Source: Zygnema circumcarinatum SAG 698-1b (lineage: Eukaryota; Plantae; Zygnematophyceae). From it: a stretch of DNA of 64,000 nucleotides. The notes under the pieces were generated by a model, which did not search any database, was not told where the DNA came from, and saw nothing but the letters and a program-made list of their open reading frames with translations. The position numbers and the translations under genes are program-made. Positions 51,401 to 62,742 of this stretch are shown in pieces. Each line of letters opens with the position of its first letter. The stretch's first letter is position 1. The stretch spans positions 4,092,001-4,156,000 of the forward strand of contig CM074808.1 of NCBI GenBank assembly GCA_037447605.1, written 5' to 3'.

Positions 51401-53282
51401 CTCGATAGCTTTGCGAAACTTGATGCTATCCGTCTCATTCGGCGGTTGTCGTTTATTGAAGTAAACATAGAATTCGGGAACCTGCCGCATAGAATTACGT
51501 AGTTCTGCAGTGCGTCGGTACTTCATACTGTCATGCTTGTGATGTCTATTTGACTCTTCATGTCTATGCCCCCTGTGGGGGGGGCGATGCTGCAGCTGCC
51601 CTGGCTGCCCTCCAGGCGGCGGCGAGGAAGGCAGGCCCGCGGAACTCGAGGGAGGTCCGAGCGGCGCACCTTCAGCTGCTGCACGCGCAGGCCCTGCACC
51701 GGTGCTCCCTCCTCCCCCCCCCTCCCCCCCTCCCCCCTCCCCCCCTCCCTGCCTGCACGCTCTCGTGCGCGAGGAATGAGTAGCGGACTCGCCTGAATGA
51801 ACTCCTTGCCGTCCGCTGCCCCTGCTGTCCTGTCTACAGCTGCCGCTGCTGTCCAGCGTAGCTGGGAACAGGCATTTCACGGACGGGCCTTTTCGATTTC
51901 AAAAATTCTTTTGAACTGCAGGATTGACTGCCATGCATGGGGCTGCAGGGGTGAGCTGAGACGGGCTGAAGCAGCCTGCATGGAGTTGCGGGCTATGGCA
52001 TCGGCTGTAGGGGGAGTGGACATGGAGCTGAAGGTGGAGGCGCGAGTGCGCTGGGTGAGGACACTCCTGGCAGCAGATCGCAATGCAGAGGTATCCAGAG
52101 GAGGCCAAACCTTGTCGCGCTTGCCGTCTAGTTCACTATTGAAGAATAGATCGAAGCGCCGTGTTTTTCATGCATTCCAATGCGCATGCTCTTACGAAGG
52201 GCTAACCACTGTGTGCATTGTTTCTGTTCGTACTACAACTGAGCATAAACTGGGTTTCTCTCCACTGCCGTGTGGAGGGGCTGGGGTGATACAGGCGGCA
52301 GAAGAGGCCAAGCATTTGTTTGTTCTGTGCTACAGAGCTGGGCTACAGCTTGATCGTGTCAGGGTCTTGCTACTATTTGCTGAGATTCATAAGGTAGGCC
52401 TTGCTATGTTTCACTCTCCGTGGATGTGCCTGTTCTAAATCGCGTGCAGCGTATTCGGGAAGTGGAAAACTTGCCGAGACTTGCCTGTGTGCCGTTTTTG
52501 AGGAGTGTTCATTGTGTTTAGTCGGCCATTCGTGCGGGGCGGGCGGGTGCAGAGGGCGGGCAGTCCCGGCAGCGGGTTGAGCCACGCCCTGAGTGCGCTT
52601 ACCCTCGCGCAGGCGCTGAGTCTGGGGACGGCGCGCGCCGCTGCCAGCGTGGCGGTGGCGGAGCTCTGGGCGGCGCTAGGGGCACAGCACGCGCCGCGCG
52701 CCGTGGAGCTGCTGCAGGAGTGCCTCCCGCACGTGCTCGTGCACGGCAGCTTGGAGCTGCGCTCGCGATGCTCCTTCACCATGGCCGCCTGCCTCCTCAA
52801 CACTTTGGACACGGAACAATGTATGGTTGCCGCCATTCACAACTTCATGCAGCTCCAACCCGAGTAGAAAAACAGGTCTTTGATTGGTTTTTTTTTTTTT
52901 TTGGGACTCATTCTCCGTTTCGTGTCTGTGCAGTGCACGCTGATCCGGATGCAGTGCTGGCTCCATTGGAAGCAGCAGTGCAGGGCTTTGAGGCGCTGGA
53001 GGTGAGTTGCGCAATGCACGGTTTGTTCTCTTTGCCGTGAGGTATTCACAGCGAAGTTGCAGCACTTGGGCCCCTCCTGATGGGTGGCCCCTCCTCCAAT
53101 CACACGTGCAGGCGCGGGAGCTAGCATCAGAAGCTTACTACTTGCAGGCTCTCGTCTACAATGCCCTTGAACGGGTGGAGGAACGTGACTATGCGGCTGA
53201 TGCATTTGTTCGTCTGTCCAAGGCGCTGCAAGACGCAAAAGACAGCAGTCTCGCAGATCTTCCAACCCTCGATGGCTTGTGA
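45442..53282 (+). CDS. APC5: Anaphase-promoting complex subunit 5
   Basis: About 19 phase-consistent exons: VSPHRVALCSLL, EPTLEEL, EPNSSLGLFLRRCILNFNSLTFEG, VHYLRYLN..AALESLHRYFDY, ALLSLGALHARFGH, LRRCLRRASELRL, LLRAAAWDLYGSAPMAR, GVDMELKVEA, LLLFAEIHK, VAELWAALG, GSLELRSR. One exon spans the N gap at 50537-50546. Confidence 0.93.
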
Positions 53283-54161
53283 TGGGTGGACTGCGTTGGA
53301 TGCCGCTCATCATCCTGATCCTAGTTCTGGTGGATCGCCCCCTGTGGGAGCTGTCCAGGCAGCGGATGACGCACCTCGCAGCTCGTCCGGCCCTTGAGGC
53401 GCCGGCATTAGGAACAGTGCCGCCTCTCATCAAACTGTTCCAGCAAAGGCTTCTGCCAGTCGGCTACTTTCTTCCGTGGCAATTTCACATGAATGGTAGC
53501 GGCTGGGGGAGTGGCAGGCAGTTTGGATGACGGTGAAAACATCTCTGCGCTTCGTCTGTTCATATTATGCGGCGGCCAGTTCTGTGTATATGTCATACTA
53601 TGTTCTGCATGTGCGAATCACATCTGCTCTCTATGTGGTGGATATTCGTTTGAGAACACTCATCTAAGGCTTGCTACGTAAGAGGTTGCAATATGAGGTG
53701 TTGTCTACCTCACGATTTTGTGTGGGACTGGCGGTCGTCGGTTGTTGTGATGGGAAATTTTGTTCCTGCCTTCAGCGCAGTCGTGAAGGGTGCTCAGGGA
53801 ATGTTTTGTTGCCAGAAGTGTGCCGTGGCGGATGCATGCTGAGCGTTCTGCTGCAGGTGTCACCGGACGCACAATTCCGTACGACTGCGGTCATAATGAG
53901 AGATATTGACATTCGCATGTTGCTTCATGGTTACGATGAGAAGAAGTGTGCACGTATTCAAAAAAAGCTAGTTCCAAGGAAAGTATTTCAGGTGTATCTC
54001 ATTTCTGCCTCCCTTCCATGGCGAGACCTGTCCGCAAGAGCAGCTTATAAATACTACTGAAGCATATAATTATGTACATCGTCAAATAGCGTTATGCTCT
54101 TCGCATCGGCAAAGCGGAGGGCGCTGATAACTTAACTGCCCAGCCCCGCGGGCGCCGCGAG

Positions 54162-57100
54162 CTAACATCCCGCTTCGCTTCCAGAGCCGGCAGATGCTTC
54201 GGCCACCTCGACCACCTTCTCACGGCAGACTCCGCCACCCTCCGCGCCTCGCATCTCTGCGGGCGCTGCAGCAGCAGCGACATGGAAGCTTGGACTTGCA
54301 TGCGAGAACTTCCGCAGAATGCTCCGTCCCGCACCATGCTGCTCCTGCTGCACAGAGGGCCGCAATCCTTCGCCATCGCAGCGCCCCGCCTGCTCACCTT
54401 GAGTCTGGCCTCCTGCCTCTCGTTTTGCACTCTCTTGTGCAAACCTCTGACCGCTATTTGCATGCAGCCATGGCTCACCACTACCGCTGAGTGCTGCAGG
54501 ACTCTGGGCTTGATCGTGGTCCTTCCTCCTCCCCCCTTCGGAAACGTTCTCCCGGCTGACATTCCGAAGCATGACGGAGCCCTGTTCCCACCGCACCACC
54601 TTGGGCTGCACCATGGTGGGCCTTCCGCAGAGGGGAGTTCGGAAAACGGACGTGGCACCAGCAGCAGTCCGCACGTGCGGGGGTGAGAATGACGGCTGCT
54701 CTTGCGGTGCCACGCGGCGGGCCTGCGAGGTCCCGTTCGGGCCCTGCCGGGGGGCGCTCATCTCCCCGTGCGGCAATGGCGGCTGGCGGGCCGCGGGGAG
54801 GTCGGGGCCGGCCGCGCGGGGAAGGGAGGAAAGCGGCAGCAGCTGGTAGCCCGCCGGGAGTATCCCCGGGGGAAGGGCTATTGAGCGAAGGGGGGCATTT
54901 CCGGAAAGGTGGATTATATTGGGGGACCGTGATAGCTGGGAGGAGTTAAAGGTCATCTTGCTGTGGGGGGGAGAGCCCAAAGAAAGCGAGGGTGGTGATG
55001 ACGCTTGTTGTGCAGAATATTGCGTTGGTTGGGGGGGATTTGTTGCCCTGTTGAAATCTGCATACTGCGAAAAGAAGGGGGCGAAGTTAGACCACAACAC
55101 AAGTACATGCACCGTAGAAGAGGGCTCGCAAGCGTTTGATATCGCAATTGCAGGCATCCAGAAGAATCGCTTGGCTCATTCTGCGACAATCTATGTCAGA
55201 ATACAAGAAGCGCAGCCCCTTCCCAGCTTCCAACGATGCGCCGCTTGCAGGGGATGCAGCATCACGCATTCCATGGCGCCCTTCCCTCCGGGCCCTCCCC
55301 CATGACCACCCGTGGCCCGTGCCAGCTGGCAACACCTGCACCTTCTGAACGCACGCCGGCTGGCTGCCACGTGGATAGCTGGCCGGCGAGGTCCGGGGGA
55401 GCGGTTCGGGCGAGGCCGGGGGGGCCCCCGCCCGCATCCTCCGCAGCTCGCCGTGCAGCGCGCGGAGCCGCGCGTCGCACTCGCTGCGCACGTCCCGAGC
55501 CTGCCATGGCGCCCGCACGTGCCGCGTCAGGGACTCCGCAACTCCGCAAGCAGAGGAGCGGAGGAGAGGTCTCCAGGCCCAAGCCAACCATACCTCTTTC
55601 GCCGCAGCCTGGGTCTGCTCCTGCAACCCTTTCACAAGGCTGAGAAGCGTCTCCATCTTGCCCTCCATTTCTGCCCAAACGCCGCCCTGCCCTCCTGCAT
55701 CGGAGCGCCCTGTTTGCGGCTCCAAACGCGCCCCGTCCGGCGTGCGGCCCGGCGTGCTGGGGGCCATGGGGGCCGCGCAGGGCGGGGGGGGGGGCGGGGG
55801 CGGGGGGGGGCCCAGCACGCCCGGGCGGGAGGAGAGGGCGGGCAGACTCCGGGACCCGCCTTGGTACGTCCGCCGCTGCCGCTTGCTGCGACCCCCACGT
55901 GCAGCAGGGCTTACACCAGTGCTGCTGCTGGCAGGACAGGAACACGGAAAGCATGCCGACTGCCTAGGCAAGCCCTGTTCCCTACCAGATGTTGTGGTCC
56001 GACTCCTCTGCGTTCTCGTAGGAGAGGGTGTACTTGGCCAGCGTCTTGGCGAGGGCGTGGGGGCCGTGGAAGATGCAGTCGTCGGCGGCGTCCCCGTCCG
56101 CGCGGCCAAGGGACAGCGCGGTGGAGGTGGGCCGCGGCCCGCCCGGCTGCTCGGCCGCGCTCAGCTCCGCCTGCCCCAGCGCAGGAGGGCCTAAGCACGC
56201 TGTGATGAAGGAATTATACGTGACGCCTCCCTTTGGTGCGCCGGTATTTACGTCATTAGTGTGCTGTGTTGGTTCAGATTCGTACTGGGTCTCGCTCAAT
56301 CACAAATCCATCGCAGAAAGGCAACATCACGATGCATAGTCTCGCAGAGAGTTTGTTCAGTCAAACCTCCACAGACGATGGCAGCAGATCGAAAAAGCGC
56401 GAGTAAGTGGACCCTCGCAGAGCCCGATGAAGCGCCTTGAAGAAGGGGGTCTCGCGCAGCTCGCGCTTCTGCGCCATCGCCGAGTACACGATCGGCACCT
56501 GCTCCCCTCCCCTCCCCTCCCCGCCCCGCCCCGTCAGCCCCCGCGCCGCGCGTCCCTGAAGGCCCCGCGGCGGGCGGCTGACTGACTGACTGACTGACCG
56601 ATTGACTGACTGACTGACTGACTGGCTGATTGACTGACTGACTGACTGACCATGATGAGGCGAAGGTGGCCCTGCGGCGCGTTGTCCTCGCCGAGCGTCT
56701 GCCTCGCCAGAACCTTCACCTCGTGCGGCGCCTGCGAGACATTGCGAGCAACTGTGAGACATCCCTCTGTGAAGATGGCCGTTCCTCTCAGCAACGACTC
56801 GAATACAGACCATTGCAAGCTTTGTCAACCCACCGAATACATGATATCAGATAAATCATCTTAAACAAATGAGGGCTCCTACAAGCCTAGACCCAACAGG
56901 TTTAAAACACGAGGAAACGACAGGGAGCACCGAAGTTCCAACTCGCCTCGAATGCCCACACCCAGTACAGAAAGTCGCGGCTCGACGCGCCGGCCGCGGC
57001 CCCTCCCCCGAAGGTGGCGGGCCGCGCGAGCATCACCAGGCGGTGCTTCAAACTCGACAGCTTTCGGCTGTAGTTCGCTGCAAACATGCTCTGCCACCCT

Positions 57101-57773
57101 CCCCCTCCCGACCGTGCTTGGACTGTCACCAACTGCTTTGCGCACTGTGCAACCTTGAAGGGCGAAGGCCGCGCACACAAGAAGGGTTCAGGCGACTTCG
57201 AAAACTTCTCATATGGCTGTTGAACCAAGAACTTATGGTTCAACAGTCATGGGATCCCCTACTACACAGGAGAAACGGAGATGACCCAGAAAGGACAGAG
57301 ATGCGCGAGCCATTTCTCTCCGATGTTTGATTCTTTTCCTTCGTTCTTCTTTTGCTTCTTCTTTTGATTCTTATTTTAATTCTATTTATTCAAAAATTGG
57401 TGGAGTGAACATCCAAATATGCAGCCAGCAAACGTCCAGTACTAAGCCTGCCTTAAGGCTCAATGTAATTCCAGCAAACGACGACGTAAGAGCAATTGGA
57501 AATCTATCATTTCCTTAATTATTTTCCTCTCACCTTCATATAAGCGAGAGGGAGGAGCACGTCTCCCGTGTCCATGTCCTCCAGCAGCATGAAGCTCTCC
57601 GCCGCGCCCTCGTCCTTCTCGGGGCGCGTGCGCAGCCAGAGGGCGCGCACACTGCTCAGCCGCGTCCCGCGGCCCGCGCCCTCGCCCGCCGCCACCTCGC
57701 CCTCACCCGCCGCCCCGCCCCCGCTCCCGCCCACGCTCCCTCCGAGCGAGCTCTCGCGGCTGCCCGCCGCCAT
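54162..57773 (-). CDS. Uncharacterised multi-exon protein: unrecognised N-terminal domain, central coiled coil, disordered C-terminus
   Basis: ATG 57773 in ccATGG context. The splice path is largely phase-consistent: ..LLPLAYMK|PYEKF.., APHEVKV..HLRLIM|VPIVYS..LPSSVE|AELS..DHNI|..EMEGKMETLLSLVKGLQEQTQAAAKE|ARDVRSECDARLRALHGELRR..|YADFNR... I do not recognise the family, and some exon boundaries are uncertain. Confidence 0.6.
56578..56650. repeat. (CTGA)n microsatellite forming the 5' half of an intron; related tracts at 58553-58582 and 60824-60867
   Basis: ctgactgactga... with occasional ccga/ttga/ggct variants. Confidence 0.8.
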
Positions 57774-58035
57774 GGCTGCCACGCGCCCTCTCGCCCTCTC
57801 GCCCTCTCGCCCTCCCTCCCTCCCTCCCTCCCGGCTCTGAGCTCGCCCCATGTGTTGTCACGTCACGTCACATCACGTGACGGCGCGCATCGGAGCGGCG
57901 GCGCGGGACGCGGACGGCTACTCGCCTGAAGTGACGGGCGGGCGCGGCTTGTCGCGTAGCGCCTGGGGGGGGCCGCCGCCGTTCGTACATAGGCCGTACG
58001 TGCTGTCGCTGTCGCGGGGAGAGGGCGGCCGGGTC

Positions 58036-58462
58036 GAGGGCCGAGGGCCGAGGAGAGAGGGAGAGGGATTGGGGAGGGAGAGGGGCGAGGGCGAGGGCGA
58101 GGGGAGAGGGAGAGGGAGAGGGAGAGGGAGAGGGAGAGGGCGAGGGGAGGGAGAGGGGCGAGAGCGAGGGCGAGGGGAGAGGGAGAGGGCGAGGGCGAGG
58201 GGAGGGAGAGGGGCGAGAGCGAGGGCGAGGAGAGGGTAAGAGGGCGAGGGGAGAGAGGGGCGAGAGCGAGGGCGAGGGGAGAGGGAGAGGGCGAGGGGAG
58301 GGAGAGGGCGAGGGGAGGGAGAGGGGCGAGAGTGGGGGCGAGGGGAGAGGAAGAGGGCGAGGGGAGAGGGAGAGCGCGAGGGCGAGGGAGACGGGAGGGG
58401 GATAAGGCGAGGGCGAGGGAGACGGAGAGGGATAGGGAGAGGGGAGAGGGGGAGAGAAAGGG
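58036..58462 (+). repeat. About 430-bp polypurine low-complexity tract (GAGGGA/GAGGGC/GGAGAG units)
   Basis: Almost entirely G and A with periodic C on the plus strand, upstream of the unknown gene. Confidence 0.85.
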
Positions 58463-59380
58463 TCACTGGGAGAGAGACTGGGAAAAAAACAGAGTGGTCT
58501 TCATGTTCGCGTGTTCGCTCGCGCCCTTCACCCGTTGTCCAGCGGTGCACGCACTGACTGGCTGACTGATTGACTGACTGACGCCACGCCGGCCGGCCGA
58601 CCTCCGAGCGACCTTCGCCCTTGTGTTGGTGTTGGTGTTGGTGCAGGCTTGGACCGTGAACGTTGCTCGGTGGCCCGCTCTCTTAACGTCATGAATAAAG
58701 TGACGCCTTCAAATCAATTTTTCAGCGAATAGCGCATCGACTCAGAACACTCGCGAACTTTTGTGAAAACAAAAAGGAATCATTGCGAATATCACTACGG
58801 ATCGAAAACTATATAAACGGTCAAGAGGTAACAAGCAATCTGGATGCGACTGCGCACGCGGGCGCCAACCTTGCGAGTAAAGACCTCGTGCGCGCAGCAA
58901 TTGTGCCGTTTGAAGATGGAAATACAGTTTTGGCAAGTACATGAACTTTTGAAAACTGGTATTTGTTCATTAATGTCCCGTGCAATGAGAAAATGTAAAA
59001 AACAATGAGGCCTCGGAAAAGGACCGGGGCATCGAAACTTAATTTCGGTCGCACGGATTGTCCCTTTGTGACAAGACTTGAACAGAATTTTCACTTGTGC
59101 AAATGAACGAGGCAGTGGTCGTTGTGAGTATGATAATGCTCGAAAGCACTCGAAACCACAAGGAGGTATGTAGCGTTTTTAGAGTTGGAGGAAAACGGGG
59201 AACTAGGCTTGAATTGAATGTTGACGAGGAGCACGTTGGCGGTTATTGACGATTGCCACTTTTGGCGGCTCTTTCCTAAATGGAATGATCCTTCGAGTCT
59301 ATAAGTCGAAGATGTCAGGAAGATCCTCGTTCTGATGACGCTGAACCCTCGTATTTAAGACATTTCATGCGACTGCAAGC

Positions 59381-60643
59381 TTAAGCAGTTACTGCGAGTG
59401 CTGAACGAACTGGTCCTGCCACTTTCAAGTTGACCAAGGACGCCTGCACTGCTGCACTGGAGGCCGGCCCTCCCCTCCCTGCAGCGGGAGGCGCTAGGGC
59501 AAGCGTGTGAAGGCGTGTCATGAAAACTTCTACGAAGGACGCTGCCTCTCCGCCAGAGCCAAGCTGAAAGTCAATCCACGACTCCAAAATGAGGAGGCTT
59601 TCTCCTAAGACAGCCATGAAGTACCTACTCGACTCCTCCCAACTCCTCCGCCTCCTCGCAGCAATATCTGCCAGAACCTCCCACTCGCCCGAGTCGCGGT
59701 TAAACCTCACGACCTTTGGGGGCATCCAGGGCCGGCCCTGCGGGTGAGAAATGCTCACGACCTCCCCATTTACTGTCACAGCAGAAACACTCGGCGTCGG
59801 CAGCTGCAGGATGCCCTTGTCGCATTTGTCCTCTGGAACACTGAATTGACCTGTGTCCGTATCGAACGCATACCCCATCCTCCCAGCGGCCACCAGCACC
59901 CTTTTGGGGCTGCTCAGGCTGGGAGCACACCACATGGGCGAGCCATTTCCGCCCGGAAAGGTACTCGCAAACTGCCACTTCCTGCTTCGCACGTCTAATA
60001 TCTCCACCGATGACCTGGCAGCGAGCCCGTTAGCTATTACAAACAACCTTTGGTCGGCGAGGAGAGTCACAACGGGGTGCATGTGCGGCGGACAGAGACG
60101 AGGCGGAAGCTCCTGCCAGCTGTTAGAGGTGAAGCTGAATATCCAAGATCGGGCATGGTCGCTGACATCGTTTGAATCGATTCCGTGGAGGCGAGAGTAC
60201 GTGCTGCCTCCAATGACAATGAAAGAATCGCTCAAACTGACGCATTTGTACCCAACGTGCTCGGTGAGACAATTGAGCCATGGAGTGGGGAGAGGGGGGA
60301 GGAGACACGACAGCTGCAGCCTGAGGTCGATCGCTTGAAACAGGATGCAGCGGCGGCCGAGCGAGTGCGCGTCCCCGAGGCACACGCAGAGGAGCGCGTC
60401 CTGCAGCCCCTCCTTGGCGCGGATGCGCTGCAGCTCGGGGCCGGCCAGAGCCTGCCGCCACGCGCGGCAGACGCCCCGCGCAGCGCCGCGCATCACGAAT
60501 GGAATGCGGGCCAAGCACAGCCGCGCCATGTCGTCCGCAAGCCCGGGAAGGAGAGGGTCGTGAAGACGCGCCTTCCCTCTCCATCTTCTTCCCGCTGTCG
60601 GCACCTTCGCATTTTGGCGAACCCCAGAAAGCTTGAACTTCAT
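59381..60643 (-). CDS. F-box/kelch-repeat protein (420-aa single ORF; a short upstream exon near 60765-60705 is possible)
   Basis: F-box LLPGLADDMARLCLARIP..VCRAWRQAL..ELQRIR, followed by kelch-like blades (FIVIGGS, WIFSFTSNSWQELP, VEILDVRSRKWQ, VVRFNRDSGEWEVL). Confidence 0.85.
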   Translation of the reverse strand: MKFKLSGVRQNAKVPTAGRRWRGKARLHDPLLPGLADDMARLCLARIPFVMRGAARGVCRAWRQALAGPELQRIRAKEGLQDALLCVCLGDAHSLGRRCILFQAIDLRLQLSCLLPPLPTPWLNCLTEHVGYKCVSLSDSFIVIGGSTYSRLHGIDSNDVSDHARSWIFSFTSNSWQELPPRLCPPHMHPVVTLLADQRLFVIANGLAARSSVEILDVRSRKWQFASTFPGGNGSPMWCAPSLSSPKRVLVAAGRMGYAFDTDTGQFSVPEDKCDKGILQLPTPSVSAVTVNGEVVSISHPQGRPWMPPKVVRFNRDSGEWEVLADIAARRRRSWEESSRYFMAVLGESLLILESWIDFQLGSGGEAASFVEVFMTRLHTLALAPPAAGRGGPASSAAVQASLVNLKVAGPVRSALAVTA

Positions 60644-61395
60644 GTTGAAATTGAACCAGGAGAAACAATGAGTTATCGAACGAAGTGAGCTCGTTCAGGC
60701 CCTGCACTTGAAGAGCAGCTCGAGTCCGAGCCGACCCGCTTTGCAGGTTTGCAGCCGCCGCCATGCGCTCATGCGCGGCCCCCTTCGACCGCCGAGGGGG
60801 GCCCGCCCGCCCGCGGCGCCCCCGACCGACTGACCGACTGACTGACTGACCGTCCGACCGACTGACCGGCGACGGCGACCGCTGACGGGACTGCGACGGC
60901 GTGCACGGAACGGGCCCGCCCCGGGTCCGCCGCCGTACGGTCGCCGCCCCGAGTGGGACCGGCGACACGGCCGTACGAGGGAGGGAGGGACTTTCAGCGT
61001 TTGAGATGACGGGTTAGAACGTTCTATCTAAAAGTTTCAGACTTATAAAACGGAAAGTACTATTTACAGTCACCTTTTTTCTGAAAACAGTCACTTTGTC
61101 GCCGGGCAGCTTTTACAAAGGATTTTTTAGCGAAAAATGCTGTTTCATACTTTTGTAGAATAGATACAGACCTTTTTTCGTCTGGTGTACGGATGGTGAT
61201 TTGAATGTACTGTACGAAGCGCAAGCGTCTACAAAGTATAAGGGCGCAACACGTGGAGCGACATGATTGGTCGCGATTGGTCTCTCTTCGGCTCTCTTTC
61301 GTAGAAAACAATAGTGCGGCACATTCCTCATAGCGCGCCTTGCGTGCAGCGCCGCCCACGAGGCGAGGAGGTGGCTGCGGTGCCGCGCTCACTCA

Positions 61396-61831
61396 GGGCC
61401 ATTCTCCATCAGCCCGTTTCGTAACGAGCTCATTACAGTCCACGTAGGACGCCGTTTTGCAGATAAAAAGACGAGTTCCATCAAAACGCCGTTTTCCAAT
61501 CAGCGATCGCCACGTGCACGATTTGCAGCGTCCGCCGTGGCCCACTGCGGTTACCGTACGCGCGTCGCTGCCGACAGATTTTTAGGGTTTGCAAGAGGCT
61601 TCCTGCCAACGTGGCAGTCGCACGCTGGCGTATCTTTGGTAGCCACGTGGCGGCACGCGAATGGTCGTAAAGGCGTTACACCCCCTTCTTCGGACCGTCC
61701 TGGGGAACGGTGCCTCGTTACCACGTGGCAGCCACGTCGGCGCCACGTTGGTGGAAACGGCCTGATGGAACCCATGGGTCGTCGTCCATTACGACGCCAC
61801 GTCGGAATAACGGGCTGATGGAAACTGACCC
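61396..61831. mobile_element. PIF/Harbinger (Tourist-like) MITE A, 436 bp
   Basis: TIR with 20/23 matches: GGGCCATTCTCCATCAGCCCGTT versus reverse complement GGGTCAGTTTCCATCAGCCCGTT. 3-bp TSD TCA at 61393-61395 and 61832-61834. GGG-initiated TIRs with a 3-bp TNA TSD fit the superfamily. Confidence 0.75.
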
Positions 61832-61834
61832 TCA

Positions 61835-62239
61835 GGGTGGGGGTCCATCAGCGTTTGCCTGTACCGCCACATCGGATCATGAGTCATGAAGGGAGAATTG
61901 CGGGTTCCATCAGAGGTCCCGCGAGCCAATCAGCGGACGCCACGTGGACACATTTATTCGTCCACCGTGGCCGCGCGTCCACCGCGCATTGGCGGCTGTG
62001 CGCCAGCGTGGTCGCCGTACCCCCGTGGCATCTCGAACGGATCTTCAACGCCACGCGGCGGCGCACGATTGGAAAACTCAGGCATAGTTCTAGGGAATTT
62101 TTTTCAGGGGGTATGTTTTGGGGAACTACGCCTGTACCTCCACGTCGGTCCTAGTCGGCGCCACGACGGCGCCACATCATCCTCCAAAACAACGCCTGTA
62201 CCTCCACGTCGGCGAAAAATCGCTGATGGACCCCCACCC
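61835..62239. mobile_element. PIF/Harbinger (Tourist-like) MITE B, 405 bp
   Basis: Perfect 19-bp TIR GGGTGGGGGTCCATCAGCG...CGCTGATGGACCCCCACCC. TSD TCA at 61832-61834 and 62240-62242. Confidence 0.82.
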
Positions 62240-62742
62240 TCAGTCACTCCCTCCTGCACTCTTTGACTGCGACACGTGTGACGGCCCATTCCACGCGACA
62301 AGCATGCGGAGACAATTCGTTGCATGTTTCAACATAGTGACAGATTCCAGCCGAGCGATTTCAAAATTCCCAATTCGACAAATTTCGAATATTGAATTCG
62401 AAAGAGCGTAAAATCAATCAGGTTGAACAATTGAGACGAATTTACTTAATTTCTCAACGTTCAAACGTATTCAACAGGGTTGAACATTGAACACTCGGTG
62501 TCGGAATTTTTTTCGATTTGAGAAAGCAAAACAAAAAGTTCAAACTCTCAATCTATTCGGTCACACGTATGGATTCCAGGTTTTGCCCCCTAAATTCGGG
62601 CAGCCACTTTCCAGCCCGTTCGCCCCGCCCCGCCCCGCAGAGGTGGCAGGAGCTGGTCTCTCTCCCTCTCTCCCTCTCTTTCCCTCGCTCTCCTCCGCGT
62701 GCCGGCCCGGCCCGGCCCGGGCCCACCCTCCTCGCCGCGCGG

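Noticed and set aside
53857-53991. 135-nt stop-free plus-strand segment bounded by AG and GT (VSPDAQFRTT..PRKVFQ)
   Set aside because: No recognisable homology and no partner exons; it lies between two 3' ends and may be chance.
57918-58550. 210-aa Pro/Ser/Leu ORF and its Gly/Arg/Glu-rich antisense ORFs
   Set aside because: These are translation by-products of the polypurine repeat.
61052-61110. GGAAAGTACTATTTACAGTCACC resembles a Mutator-like TIR
   Set aside because: I found no matching inverted end or 9-bp TSD in the window.
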